A DNA stretch of 64,000 bases from Pirellulales bacterium (lineage in GTDB: Bacteria > Planctomycetota > Planctomycetia > Pirellulales > PALSA-1355): assembly GCA_963733035.1 (NCBI GenBank), contig CAVTBU010000005.1, positions 352,001 to 416,000 of the forward strand, in the 5' to 3' direction. Under the pieces are notes generated by a model. The model ran no database searches and was not told the DNA's origin. It saw nothing but the letters and a program-made list of their open reading frames with translations. Positions 1 through 9,338 of this stretch are shown one piece after another. The position numbers and the translations under genes were made by a program. The number at the start of each line of letters is the position of its first letter. The first letter of the stretch is position 1.

Positions 1-802
1 CGCCGCCGTAGGCACAGGCGAAGATAATGGTCGAGACAATCGTCGTACGGCGCAACTCTGGGCTGAACAGTTCGGCGAAACTCGGCCGACGGAGTTGTCC
101 GCTGGCACGCTTTTTGGCCCAGATGGGCGACTCCGGCAGGAAAGGCCGAATGATGATCAGCGGCAGCGCCGGGATCAAACCCGACATTAGAGTATAGCGC
201 CAGGGTGCATTGCCGTTGTGGATCTCACCCATAAAGCTCAGAAAGCCGGGGAATTGGATCGTCGGCCAATCAGCGGCAAACTTCGCGGCCAGCCCATAGG
301 CACCGGCAACCAGGAAGCCGCCAAGCGATGAGAATGCCTGCGTGTAGCCCAGCACGTTCTCGCGCTGCCGTGGGTCGGGGAACAGCTCGGCCAACCAGGC
401 CACGGCGGCCACGAACTCGACGCAAACGCCTACGAAGGTCAGGCAGCGGAGCACTAGCAACATCTGAATAGACGTGGAATAGCCAGCCGCGAACGCCGAG
501 AAAGCATAGATCAAGATGCTCCAGGTGAGCACGCGCCGCCGACCTAAGCGGTCAGTCAGGTAGCCGCCCAACAGTCCGAAGATGCCGCCAGCAACGGCCG
601 GCACGTAGAACAATAGGGATCCCCAATAACGAAAGCCGTCGCTGCCTGGCTTGAAGTCGGTCAGTTCGACGATCAAGTCCTTGATAATGAACTGCATCAT
701 CAGCAGTTCGTAGATGTCGAAGGCAAAGCCGATGGCCGCCAGCGAAACGATTAACCATTGCGTTGCGGTCAGCCTGTTGGAGCCAAGGGCCGGTGAGCTC
801 AT
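1..802 (-). CDS. MFS transporter, C-terminus beyond the window edge
   Basis: Manual translation from the ATG at 802 gives MSSPALGSNRLTATQWLIVSLAAIGFAFDIYELLMM...GGYLTDRLGRRRVL (MFS motif A)...WRYTL...LPESP. The frame is open to the window edge and is absent from the ORF track. Confidence 0.9.
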   Translation of the reverse strand, partial: MSSPALGSNRLTATQWLIVSLAAIGFAFDIYELLMMQFIIKDLIVELTDFKPGSDGFRYWGSLLFYVPAVAGGIFGLLGGYLTDRLGRRRVLTWSILIYAFSAFAAGYSTSIQMLLVLRCLTFVGVCVEFVAAVAWLAELFPDPRQRENVLGYTQAFSSLGGFLVAGAYGLAAKFAADWPTIQFPGFLSFMGEIHNGNAPWRYTLMSGLIPALPLIIIRPFLPESPIWAKKRASGQLRRPSFAELFSPELRRTTIVSTIIFACAYGG

Positions 803-970
803 GAAATGCCCTTCGTGGGTTTGCTTAGCGCGGGTGGAACGAGCGAAAGGTGGGAGCGACGACTGTGGGGGCATCCGTTCACGCGAGTCGTAGCCTCGCA
901 TGATAGTGAAACGGGTCGGCCGCTGGCAAGCAGCCGTGCCAAACGCTTCGATTGCGGCCCCCGAAGCAGA

Positions 971-988
971 TACTTCGCATGCGAAGTA
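971..988. promoter_or_regulatory. Perfect 18-bp palindrome, putative transcription-factor operator
   Basis: TACTTCGCATGCGAAGTA is its own reverse complement. It lies in the divergent MFS/kamA intergenic region. Confidence 0.5.
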
Positions 989-1017
989 AATCCGTTGAAA
1001 ATCAGGACTTGGCTCGC

Positions 1018-1046
1018 TTGCTTGACTTGCGTACCAATGGTATAAG
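1018..1046 (+). promoter_or_regulatory. Putative sigma70 promoter of the kamA operon
   Basis: TTGCTT-N17-TATAAG with an extended -10 TG. Confidence 0.5.
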
Positions 1047-1131
1047 CACGCCACAGTTCGCACGCCGAATTCGGATGCTCCGAGCGCGCGTTGCCGATGG
1101 ATGGCACTCTTGCTGGAGGGATTCGCTCAAC

Positions 1132-2559
1132 ATGAACCGATCGGAAACTGCGTCCATTGCAGTGCCCGCGGGCACCGCCACGCCGGACGACTTCGAGGAG
1201 CCTCCTGGTAGTCCTCGCCGGCACCCGAAATGGACCCTCGTCCCTGATGCGCAATGGGACGACTGGCGATGGCAGATGCAAAACGCCATTCGCACAACCT
1301 CTCAATTGGCCGAATTCTATTCTTTCGGCCCCCAGGAACTTGCCGCTCTGGAAGACCTGGAACAGAAGTACAAACTGGCGATTCCGCCGTACTACTTTTC
1401 GCTGATCGACCCGTTGGACCCGGCCGACCCAATCGGATTGCAAGCGCTGCCCTCATGGCGCGAACAATCAAGCACGGCCGGCGTGGAGCTGGAAGATCCG
1501 CTGGAGGAGGACAAGGACTCGCCCGTGCCGGGCCTGACGCATCGGTATCCCGATCGCGTGTTGCTGGTCACGACACACGTCTGCACGATGTATTGCCGTT
1601 TTTGCACGCGCAAGCGAGTCACGATGGACCGCGACGGTTGGGATGCTCCCAGCCACAACGACGAGCGGATGATCGCCTACATTCGCGACCACCGACAGAT
1701 TCGCGACGTGGTCGTTTCCGGCGGCGATCCCCTCTCGCTACCGCCCGCCCGACTACGATGGTTTGTCAGCGAATTGGCGGCCATCGATCACGTCGACGTG
1801 ATTCGCATCGGCACGCGGGTGCCGGTGACACTGCCGCAGCGACTGTTCGATCCGGAATTGATCGCGCTGCTCCGCAATGCCGGCAAGGTCTGGATCCAAA
1901 CGCACTTCAATCACCCTCGAGAAATCACACCGGCCTCGGCCAGCGCGGTTCGCAACCTGATAAACGCGGGCATGCCAGTGAGTAATCATGCGGTGCTGCT
2001 CAAGGGCGTGAACGACTCGGTCGACACGATGCGACAGCTCGTGCGCGGGCTGCTGCGGATCAAGGTGCGGCCCTACTACTTGTTCCATTGCGATCCGGTG
2101 ACGGGTGCCGGGCATTTTCGCACGCCAGTCTGGAAAGGTCTCGAGATCATCGAAGGGTTGCGGGGGCACGTTTCGGGGCTGGCCGTTCCGACCTATGTCG
2201 TCGACGGCATGCATGGCGCCGGCAAGATTCCGCTGATGCCGAACTACCTGGTGTCGGCCTCGGAGAATGCCGTCGTGCTGCGCAACTACGAGGGCCTGCT
2301 GTTTCGCTACGCTCCGGAAGATCGTCCCGAAAACGCGACCGCGGGTTACGCCTCGATCGGCGTCAGTTCGCTGCTCAGTGGCACACGTTCGGCGTTGTTC
2401 CCCGACGGCACTCCGCGATTGGAACGCCGTCAGCAACAGGCGTCGACTCCCACGTGCGAATCGGGAGAACCCGACGTGATCCAGCTTAGCGGTTACCAAG
2501 CCGGGGAAATGCGGGACGACTCACAAGACCCCTGGGCACGGTTGCCGAAGGCCAGGTGA
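1132..2559 (+). CDS. kamA: KamA-family radical SAM lysine 2,3-aminomutase
   Basis: Motifs W.DW.WQ, THRYPDRVL, CTMYCRFC (CxxxCxxC), SGGDPL, HFNHP, PYYLFHCD and the PLP lysine in GAGKIP. GGAGG RBS precedes ATG 1132. Confidence 0.92.
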   Translation: MNRSETASIAVPAGTATPDDFEEPPGSPRRHPKWTLVPDAQWDDWRWQMQNAIRTTSQLAEFYSFGPQELAALEDLEQKYKLAIPPYYFSLIDPLDPADPIGLQALPSWREQSSTAGVELEDPLEEDKDSPVPGLTHRYPDRVLLVTTHVCTMYCRFCTRKRVTMDRDGWDAPSHNDERMIAYIRDHRQIRDVVVSGGDPLSLPPARLRWFVSELAAIDHVDVIRIGTRVPVTLPQRLFDPELIALLRNAGKVWIQTHFNHPREITPASASAVRNLINAGMPVSNHAVLLKGVNDSVDTMRQLVRGLLRIKVRPYYLFHCDPVTGAGHFRTPVWKGLEIIEGLRGHVSGLAVPTYVVDGMHGAGKIPLMPNYLVSASENAVVLRNYEGLLFRYAPEDRPENATAGYASIGVSSLLSGTRSALFPDGTPRLERRQQQASTPTCESGEPDVIQLSGYQAGEMRDDSQDPWARLPKAR

Positions 2560-2624
2560 GCCGCGGCAAGCAATTGCACCTGGGTTTTGTTTCCCCCCCA
2601 TCACCTCTTGTAGAGGAACGGCGC

Positions 2625-3686
2625 GTGAGAATTGGTTTGACTTTTAACGTCCGACGGGCCGAGCGCCCGTCGGACGTTTCGAGAGCAGGCTTTCTGCCTC
2701 TTCCCGGCGACGATCAAGAAGAGGAATTCGATTCGCCGGAAACGATTGCAGCGATTGCCGAGGTGCTCTCAAGCCTGGGGCACGAAGTCGAATTATTGGG
2801 AAACTGCGAGACGCTGCTCGAGCGGCTGCTCAACGGACCACGGCCGGACCTGGTCTGGAACATCGCCGAAGGCCAGGGTGGCGGCCGCTGTCGAGAAGCT
2901 CAGGTGCCGGCCGTACTCGAGATGCTCGGCATTCCGTACACCGGTTCCGATCCGCTCACGCTGTCCGCGACACTCGACAAGGATTGTGCCAAGCGATTGG
3001 TGTCCAGCGTAAACGTGCCGACCCCGCGTTGGTTCTTATATGACGGAGCCGCCGAATCGGTGTCCGTCGAGGCAAGCGCACTTGCCTTTCCCGTGTTCGT
3101 CAAACCGGCGTACGAAGGTTCGAGCAAGGGGATTCTCAACCGCAGTGTTCTTCACGATGTCGACGAACTGCAAGCAGCCCTCGAGCAGCTCCACGAAGTC
3201 TACCGACAGCCCGTGCTCGTCGAGGAGTTCATCGACGGCGACGAACTAACGGTCGGCGTCGTCGGCAACGAGGCTCCCGAAGTGCTGGGCATCATGCGGA
3301 TCCTTCCCCGCTTGAAATCGAGCCAGCCGTTCGTTTACGGTCTGGAGGTCAAGCGAGACTGGCAACGGCTGGCGAGCTACGAGTGCCCAGCCCGCCTGGC
3401 CCCCAAAGACATCGAGGCGGTAAACCGCGCGGCGCTTTCCGCGTGGCGCGTGCTGGGCTGCCGCGACGTGGCACGATTCGACTTCCGGCTGCGCGACGGC
3501 GTGCCCTATTTTCTGGAAACCAATCCCCTACCGGGTCTGTCTCCCACGTCTGGAGACCTGGTGTTGCTGGCCCGGGAGATTGGCGTCGAGCACGCCGCGC
3601 TCGTCGCCAAGATTCTGCAGGCCACGTGCGACCGGTTGGCGCATACGGACGCGCGACCGCACGCGACCAAGGTGTTGGCCCGCTAA
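2625..3686 (+). CDS. D-Ala-D-Ala-ligase-like ATP-grasp protein, copy 1
   Basis: Motifs NIAEG, PYTGSD, LDK, FVKP..EGSSKGI, LVEEFIDGDE, RFDFR and FLETNPLPG. It lacks the GGxSxE N-terminal motif of true Ddl. The start is GTG 2625 after GAGG (ORF track start 2556). Confidence 0.85.
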   Translation: MRIGLTFNVRRAERPSDVSRAGFLPLPGDDQEEEFDSPETIAAIAEVLSSLGHEVELLGNCETLLERLLNGPRPDLVWNIAEGQGGGRCREAQVPAVLEMLGIPYTGSDPLTLSATLDKDCAKRLVSSVNVPTPRWFLYDGAAESVSVEASALAFPVFVKPAYEGSSKGILNRSVLHDVDELQAALEQLHEVYRQPVLVEEFIDGDELTVGVVGNEAPEVLGIMRILPRLKSSQPFVYGLEVKRDWQRLASYECPARLAPKDIEAVNRAALSAWRVLGCRDVARFDFRLRDGVPYFLETNPLPGLSPTSGDLVLLAREIGVEHAALVAKILQATCDRLAHTDARPHATKVLAR

Positions 3687-3809
3687 AACTGCTGGCGTCG
3701 ACACCCCGCGCTGGTGTAGCATGTCTTGGCCCACAACGGCTACGTCATCGGCAACCTAGTCTGCCAGCTCTTACCGCCCACGAAGCGGTGGAACCAAGGG
3801 AGATTCGAC

Positions 3810-5801
3810 ATGGCAACGAACGGCAAAGCCAAGAAAAAGATCCAACGGACACTCGATGCACGGCCCGACACGTTGGACTTTCGCGACCAGATGTATGTGG
3901 CGACACTCGTCGAGGTACCGCCGCAGATCTCGCTGTCGAAGTACAAGAGTTTGAAAGTTCCCATTCTCGACCAGGGAACTGAGGGGGCCTGCACCGGTTT
4001 TGGATTGGCCACGGTGGCTAACTACCTGTTGCGTCATCGCCGCGTGTCTCCAGGCAACGCGCAGGTGAGTCCGCGAATGCTCTATGAAATGGCTCGGCGC
4101 TACGATGAGTGGCCGGGCGAAGCATACGAAGGTTCAAGCGCCCGCGGAGCCATGAAGGGCTGGCACAAGCATGGCGTATGCTCAGAGAAGATATGGCCGT
4201 ATCAGGCGTCCGATCGCGGGGAACTTTCGGCCCTGCGAGCCAAAGACGCGACGCGACGACCTTTGGGGGCCTATTTCCGCGTGAACCACAAAGACCTGGT
4301 TGGCATGCATGCCGCCCTGGCGGAGGTGGGCGTGCTCTATGCCACGGCTGTTGTTCACGACGGTTGGGACCGCGTTGGGAAAAACGGCAAGATAGCATTC
4401 AGCGACAAAGTGCTTGGCGGCCACGCATTTGCCATCGTGGCTTACGACCAGCGTGGGTTCTGGCTGCAGAATTCCTGGGGCAAGTCCTGGGGCGCGCAAG
4501 GCTTCGGGCACTTGACGTACGACGACTGGCTGCAAAACGGCACCGACATTTGGGTGGCGCGGTTGGGCGTGCCGGTCACAATCACCTCTGCCGGCGGCGT
4601 CGCGCTCACACATTCCGGCCAGCACCGCACAAGTGCCTACACGTTCGAAGAATTGCGACCGCATATCGTGAGCGTGGGCAATGACGGTTTGCCGAGAAAC
4701 GAAGGCACGTATGCCACGACGACAGCCCGTATCAGCGCGATCTTCGCCGATGACTTTCCGCGAATTACCAAAAGTTGGAAAAAGAAGCGGCTGCTGCTCT
4801 ATGCGCATGGGGGGCTCACCGACGAGGAGTCGGCCGTCCAACGGGTGGCCGACTTTCGCACCTCGCTACTCGAAGCCGAAATCTATCCCGTTTCCTTCAT
4901 TTGGAAAACCGATTACTGGACGACACTCAAGAACGTGCTGGAAGATGCCCTGCACCGTCGTCGACCGGAAGGCCGACTGATCGATGCTGCCAAGGATTTC
5001 ATGCTCGACCGACTCGACGATGCCCTGGAGATTCTCGCCCGTCGGCTGACAGGCAAGCTCGAATGGGATGAAATGAAGGAGAACGCGCTGCTTGCCACGA
5101 CGGGCCTCGGGGGTGCCGCCAGGCTGGTTGCACAAGAGGTGGCGAAGCTGAATTCGGTCGAATTGCACCTCGTCGGTCACAGCGCCGGCAGCATTTTGCA
5201 CGCGCCGCTGGCGCAACTGTTGGCAACGCCCGGCAAGATCGCCTCCGGCCCGATGAAGGGCGAACAGGGCCACGGCCTGAAAATTGCCTCATGCACGATG
5301 TGGGCGCCGGCCTGTACGGTTTCACTCTTTAACGACACCTATCGCCCGTTGATTGGCGGCGGACAACTCCAGCGGTTTGCCTTGTTCGGGCTGACGGATC
5401 AGGCCGAACAGGACGACGACTGTGCCGGCATTTATCACAAGTCGCTCCTGTATCTGGTCTCCAATGCATTCGAGCAGTTTGAACGGCTGCCGTTCGGTTC
5501 CTCGCAAGGAGAGCCGATACTGGGCATGCAGCGGTTCATCGATTCCGGACTGCGAAAACTATTGAAGCAAGCGCCGCACCAGTGGGTCTTGGCACCAAAC
5601 GCCGAACCGGTCGGCTCGGTCGCCGCCTCGGGCTCGCGGTCGCACGGAGGGTTCGACGATGACCGGGCCACGCTACGTGCCACACTGGCCTTCATCCTGA
5701 ACAAGGCCGTCTCGCACAACGGCACACACCTCGATCACACACTCTCGGGCCTGCGATCGATTCGAGGGCGGATCAACGACGCGTTGGTGTCGCTGCGCTG
5801 A
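3810..5801 (+). CDS. C1 (papain-like) cysteine peptidase fused to an alpha/beta-hydrolase domain
   Basis: The N-domain has QGTEGACTGF, GGHAF and QNSWG (Q/C/H/N catalytic set). The C-domain has HGGL, the nucleophile elbow LVGHSAG and a late HGGFD. No evident signal peptide. Confidence 0.85.
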   Translation: MATNGKAKKKIQRTLDARPDTLDFRDQMYVATLVEVPPQISLSKYKSLKVPILDQGTEGACTGFGLATVANYLLRHRRVSPGNAQVSPRMLYEMARRYDEWPGEAYEGSSARGAMKGWHKHGVCSEKIWPYQASDRGELSALRAKDATRRPLGAYFRVNHKDLVGMHAALAEVGVLYATAVVHDGWDRVGKNGKIAFSDKVLGGHAFAIVAYDQRGFWLQNSWGKSWGAQGFGHLTYDDWLQNGTDIWVARLGVPVTITSAGGVALTHSGQHRTSAYTFEELRPHIVSVGNDGLPRNEGTYATTTARISAIFADDFPRITKSWKKKRLLLYAHGGLTDEESAVQRVADFRTSLLEAEIYPVSFIWKTDYWTTLKNVLEDALHRRRPEGRLIDAAKDFMLDRLDDALEILARRLTGKLEWDEMKENALLATTGLGGAARLVAQEVAKLNSVELHLVGHSAGSILHAPLAQLLATPGKIASGPMKGEQGHGLKIASCTMWAPACTVSLFNDTYRPLIGGGQLQRFALFGLTDQAEQDDDCAGIYHKSLLYLVSNAFEQFERLPFGSSQGEPILGMQRFIDSGLRKLLKQAPHQWVLAPNAEPVGSVAASGSRSHGGFDDDRATLRATLAFILNKAVSHNGTHLDHTLSGLRSIRGRINDALVSLR

Positions 5802-5887
5802 GAGCAATGGGGCGGGCTTCGCGAACGATAGGAGATTGGCTACGATGACGCTCGTCCAATGGGCCACGGCACAGGGTCGTTCGCGGC

Positions 5888-6916
5888 GTGAAAGTCATTC
5901 TCCTCTATAACGAACCGTCGTTGGCGGCCGACGATCCGGACGTGGAATCGGAGGCCGGGGTGCTGGAATCCGTGGACGCGGTCGATGCTGCCCTGGCCTC
6001 GCACGGCCATCGGACGCATCGGGTCGGACTGTCGGCCGAGCCTGCGCTGGCTGCCGAAACCATCGTGCGGCTTGCCGAGGCCGACGTGGTTTTCAATCTG
6101 TTCGAAGGATTTGGAGGCGTCGGCCACGGCGAAGCGGAGATTGCCGGACTGGCCGAGCTTTGCGGGCACGCCATCACCGGTTCGCCAGCGGAATGCCTGG
6201 CGCTGGTGCGCGACAAAGCCCGAACGAAATGGCTGTTAGCGGGTGGGGGCGTGTCGACGGCTGAATTCCGGCTTGTCGTGCCTGGCGACTTATTCGATCG
6301 CGAGGGGCTGCAACAGTTGCTCGAACTCGGGCCAGCAATCGTCAAACCAGCTCAAGAGGACGCCAGTCTGGGTATTGGGCCCCAGAGTGTCGTGAGTGAA
6401 CTAGCGCGGCTCGAAGAGCAGCTCGGTGTGATTCATCGCCGCTACGGACCGGCACTCGTCGAGCGGTTCATCGTGGGTCGCGAGTTCAACGTGTCGGTGC
6501 TCGCACTTCCCGAACCGGAGCTGCTGCCGCTGGCGGAGATTGAATTTGGGCCCGCGTTCGGAGAGGACCGGCAAATCGTCACGTACGCGGCCAAATGGGA
6601 ATTGGCGAGCCAGGACTTTTCGCACACGCCGGTGCGTTGTCCGGCGGACGTCGCACCGGAGCTGGCATCCGAGATCGGCCAAGTGGCCTTGGCGGCATTT
6701 CGGCTGACCGGTTGCCGCGACTACGCTCGCGTCGACTTGCGCGTCGATGCGGAAGGGAGGCCGCATGTACTGGAAGTCAACGCGAATCCCGACATCAGCC
6801 CCACAGCAGGTTTTGCCAGGGCCCTGCGAGCCGCCGAAATCGAGTACGATACGTTCATTGACCGACTGGTGAGAACGACGCATGCCAACCGCGCAGAAAT
6901 TCGAGCCCGCCGATGA
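5888..6916 (+). CDS. D-Ala-D-Ala-ligase-like ATP-grasp protein, copy 2
   Basis: Motifs VFNLFEG, ITGS, DK, IVKP..EDASLGI, GREFNV, YAAKW, YARVDLR and LEVNANPD. Confidence 0.87.
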   Translation: MKVILLYNEPSLAADDPDVESEAGVLESVDAVDAALASHGHRTHRVGLSAEPALAAETIVRLAEADVVFNLFEGFGGVGHGEAEIAGLAELCGHAITGSPAECLALVRDKARTKWLLAGGGVSTAEFRLVVPGDLFDREGLQQLLELGPAIVKPAQEDASLGIGPQSVVSELARLEEQLGVIHRRYGPALVERFIVGREFNVSVLALPEPELLPLAEIEFGPAFGEDRQIVTYAAKWELASQDFSHTPVRCPADVAPELASEIGQVALAAFRLTGCRDYARVDLRVDAEGRPHVLEVNANPDISPTAGFARALRAAEIEYDTFIDRLVRTTHANRAEIRARR

Positions 6917-6971
6917 ACGCCCGGCCGCGACCGCCTCGAAACCACGTACTCGCCCGAGGAGGCTTCGGCGC

Positions 6972-7742
6972 ATGATTCACGTGCTAATCTGGGGCTTGGT
7001 TGTGTGGGTTGCTATCGCTTACCTGATACTTCCGGCGCTGTGGCGGCACTACGAACATCATCCGGATCTGGCCGTTGCGCCAAAGACCACCGAGACAAGC
7101 ACGGACATTCCCGGCGATCCACTCAACGTCGCCTTGATCGGCAGCAAGAGCGAAGTGATTCGGGCATTTCTCGACGCTGGTTGGTATCCGGCCGACCCGA
7201 TCACGCTAAAGACTTCGCTGGAAATCGCCGAACGGGTGTTGGTCGACAGGCCTTACCCCAAGGCCCCCGTAAGCAGCCTGTATCTATTTGGCCGCAAGCA
7301 GGACTTGGCTTTCGAGCGACCGGCCACCAAAAGCCCCAAGCAGCGCGAGCACGTGCGATTTTGGTTGTGGAAGGGACACGAGGAACAGAACCGGCCGATT
7401 TGGCTCGGCGCGGCCACGTTCGATAAGAGCGTGGGGCTCAGCCACTACACAGGACAAATCACGCATCACATTGCGCCAGACATCGACGACGAGCGCGATC
7501 GGCTGATCGCGGACCTGGGCAAGGCGGGGCAGTTGGTGCGCTCGTCGCAAGTGACCGGCATCGGCCCGACACTCAACGGTCGCAACGGCGGCGGCGATCG
7601 CTACTTTACCGACGGCGAAGTGGATGTCGCCGTCCTTTCGCCCGACAACGCTAAACAACAGGCGCCTCCCGAGCAGTTGCCCAACCCGCCGGCAGTGAAG
7701 CTGAAGAACCGGATTTGGGGATGGATTCGGCCCTGGCTCTAG
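6972..7742 (+). CDS. Membrane-anchored LssY C-terminal-domain protein
   Basis: N-terminal TM helix, then GDPLNVAL, AGW, LFGRKQDLAFE, RxHVRFW, WLGAATFD and THHIAPDIDDER. GAGGAGG RBS precedes ATG 6972 (alternative start 6882). Confidence 0.75.
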   Translation: MIHVLIWGLVVWVAIAYLILPALWRHYEHHPDLAVAPKTTETSTDIPGDPLNVALIGSKSEVIRAFLDAGWYPADPITLKTSLEIAERVLVDRPYPKAPVSSLYLFGRKQDLAFERPATKSPKQREHVRFWLWKGHEEQNRPIWLGAATFDKSVGLSHYTGQITHHIAPDIDDERDRLIADLGKAGQLVRSSQVTGIGPTLNGRNGGGDRYFTDGEVDVAVLSPDNAKQQAPPEQLPNPPAVKLKNRIWGWIRPWL

Positions 7743-7784
7743 CCGCGTACGATCGTTCGGTACATGGCGGCACGCGGGATTTGC

Positions 7785-9152
7785 TCAACCATCGACGCGC
7801 CGATATTGCCCCGAGTTCTTTTCCGAAAGCGTGCGCAGGAATTCGTCGGTGGGGCTGCCGGGAAATCCGGGAGCAATGCCGATCGTGTAGATGCTGATGC
7901 GGCGGACGCGATTCACCGTGGTGATGGCCCGGATGATGTCGACCGGAGCCAAAATCTTGCCGCTGGTCGGAGCACCATCGGAGAGAAAGTAGATTGCCTC
8001 GGTGTCATATGTCAGCGCGGTCTCCAACGCGTTGTAAGAGGCCGTGTTACCCTCTGGCGATTGGCGCTCGACGTAGATCACTGCCGCCTTCTTGTTTGTC
8101 GCGTTGGCCGGCATGAGCTTTTGCTGCCAGCGATCGACGCTGCCGTTGAACACCACGATGCCGAAGTGGGCGTAGTCTGGTAACCCTTGGATTGCCCGGA
8201 TCAACTCGCGTTTGGCCGCCAGCATGCGACCACCTTGCATGCTGCCGGAAATATCGAGCACGAAGACAAGTCGTTCGGCAAACAGGGGAATACCGTAGTA
8301 CTGCCCCGCCTCGCTGTCGAGTTCGTCGGCCCGCGTGACTTTCACGGTGAGTTGGGAGGGAACCGTAGCGGTGTGCGCCGAAGCGGTTTCCCGACGCTCG
8401 GCCAACCGCCACTTTTGCCAGGCGTCGACGTTCAGACCAAATGATTGTCCGGTCGCTCTCATCAGGTAGCGGACGGCGTCGGCCTTGGCTTCGCCACCGA
8501 CGATCCCAAGCATGCCAATCAGCGGATCGAGCGATTCCTCGGACGGAGTTTTGGTAAGCGCTTGAACAACGGCCCGGCGAATACCGAAGTGCGCCGCAAA
8601 CAACTTGGCGTTCGACATTCGCGCCAGAGGCCTGACGTCGGACGCCGTGCCGTGCGAACCCAATTCGTCGGCCAGCGCGACAAGCAGTTCGGGACCTTGG
8701 GGCGAGCTGGCCAGTTGTTCGTCCATGAATTGCTGAGCTTGCACTTGCGCCAGGGGCAAGTCCGAGGCCAAAAGGGCCGCCAGCGCCGGCAGCACCATCG
8801 GTGAGCCATTACGTTTTTTAAGGCTCGCCTGAGCCGCCGCCAATAGCGCATCGCACACTTCCTGCTCGTCGTTCATCTTGTGCAGCGCTTCGTAAGCTGC
8901 CGCGCGGACGCTGTCGTCCACGTCGACGAAACAGCTATGCACCAACCGAGCCGATTCCGCCACCCGATACTTTTCGAGCGACTTGAGGGCGTCGATTCGC
9001 TGCTCTACCTTGTTGCTATGCAGTTGCCGACGCAGCTTCGGTTGCATCTCGTCAAACTGCTCGTACACGCTTTGGGCGAGCGACGACTGCGATGCAAATA
9101 GCAATCCGGCGGCGGTCAGCACGTGCGCGAGAGTGCGCGCGATCTTTGACAT
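7785..9152 (-). CDS. Secreted HEAT-repeat and VWA domain protein
   Basis: Signal peptide, helical HEAT-like repeats, and C-terminal MIDAS DISGS...T...SDG. GAGGAGG RBS precedes ATG 9152. Confidence 0.8.
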   Translation of the reverse strand: MSKIARTLAHVLTAAGLLFASQSSLAQSVYEQFDEMQPKLRRQLHSNKVEQRIDALKSLEKYRVAESARLVHSCFVDVDDSVRAAAYEALHKMNDEQEVCDALLAAAQASLKKRNGSPMVLPALAALLASDLPLAQVQAQQFMDEQLASSPQGPELLVALADELGSHGTASDVRPLARMSNAKLFAAHFGIRRAVVQALTKTPSEESLDPLIGMLGIVGGEAKADAVRYLMRATGQSFGLNVDAWQKWRLAERRETASAHTATVPSQLTVKVTRADELDSEAGQYYGIPLFAERLVFVLDISGSMQGGRMLAAKRELIRAIQGLPDYAHFGIVVFNGSVDRWQQKLMPANATNKKAAVIYVERQSPEGNTASYNALETALTYDTEAIYFLSDGAPTSGKILAPVDIIRAITTVNRVRRISIYTIGIAPGFPGSPTDEFLRTLSEKNSGQYRRVDG

Positions 9153-9338
9153 GCGGGACACCTCCTCTGACCCACCGACCGGCTGGACTCATCCAAGACG
9201 CACCATACGTCGGGGGCAACATCAATTGTCCTGCCTGATGCCGCGGTCTGTCAAGCAAGCACTCCGCGGTTGAGGGCATCCCGGGGAGACCACCGTGCGA
9301 TCGATCCGCGGTATTTCGTGCCGATCTCGTCGGCCAGA

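Noticed and set aside
1132..2559. kamA as epmB (EF-P modification) or ablA (osmolyte synthesis)
   Set aside because: It is longer than typical EpmB, and there is no adjacent efp/epmA or ablB-type acetyltransferase.
2625..6916. The ATP-grasp genes as housekeeping ddl or van resistance ligases
   Set aside because: They lack the GGxSxE motif, and there are no mur/dcw or vanH/X/R/S neighbours.
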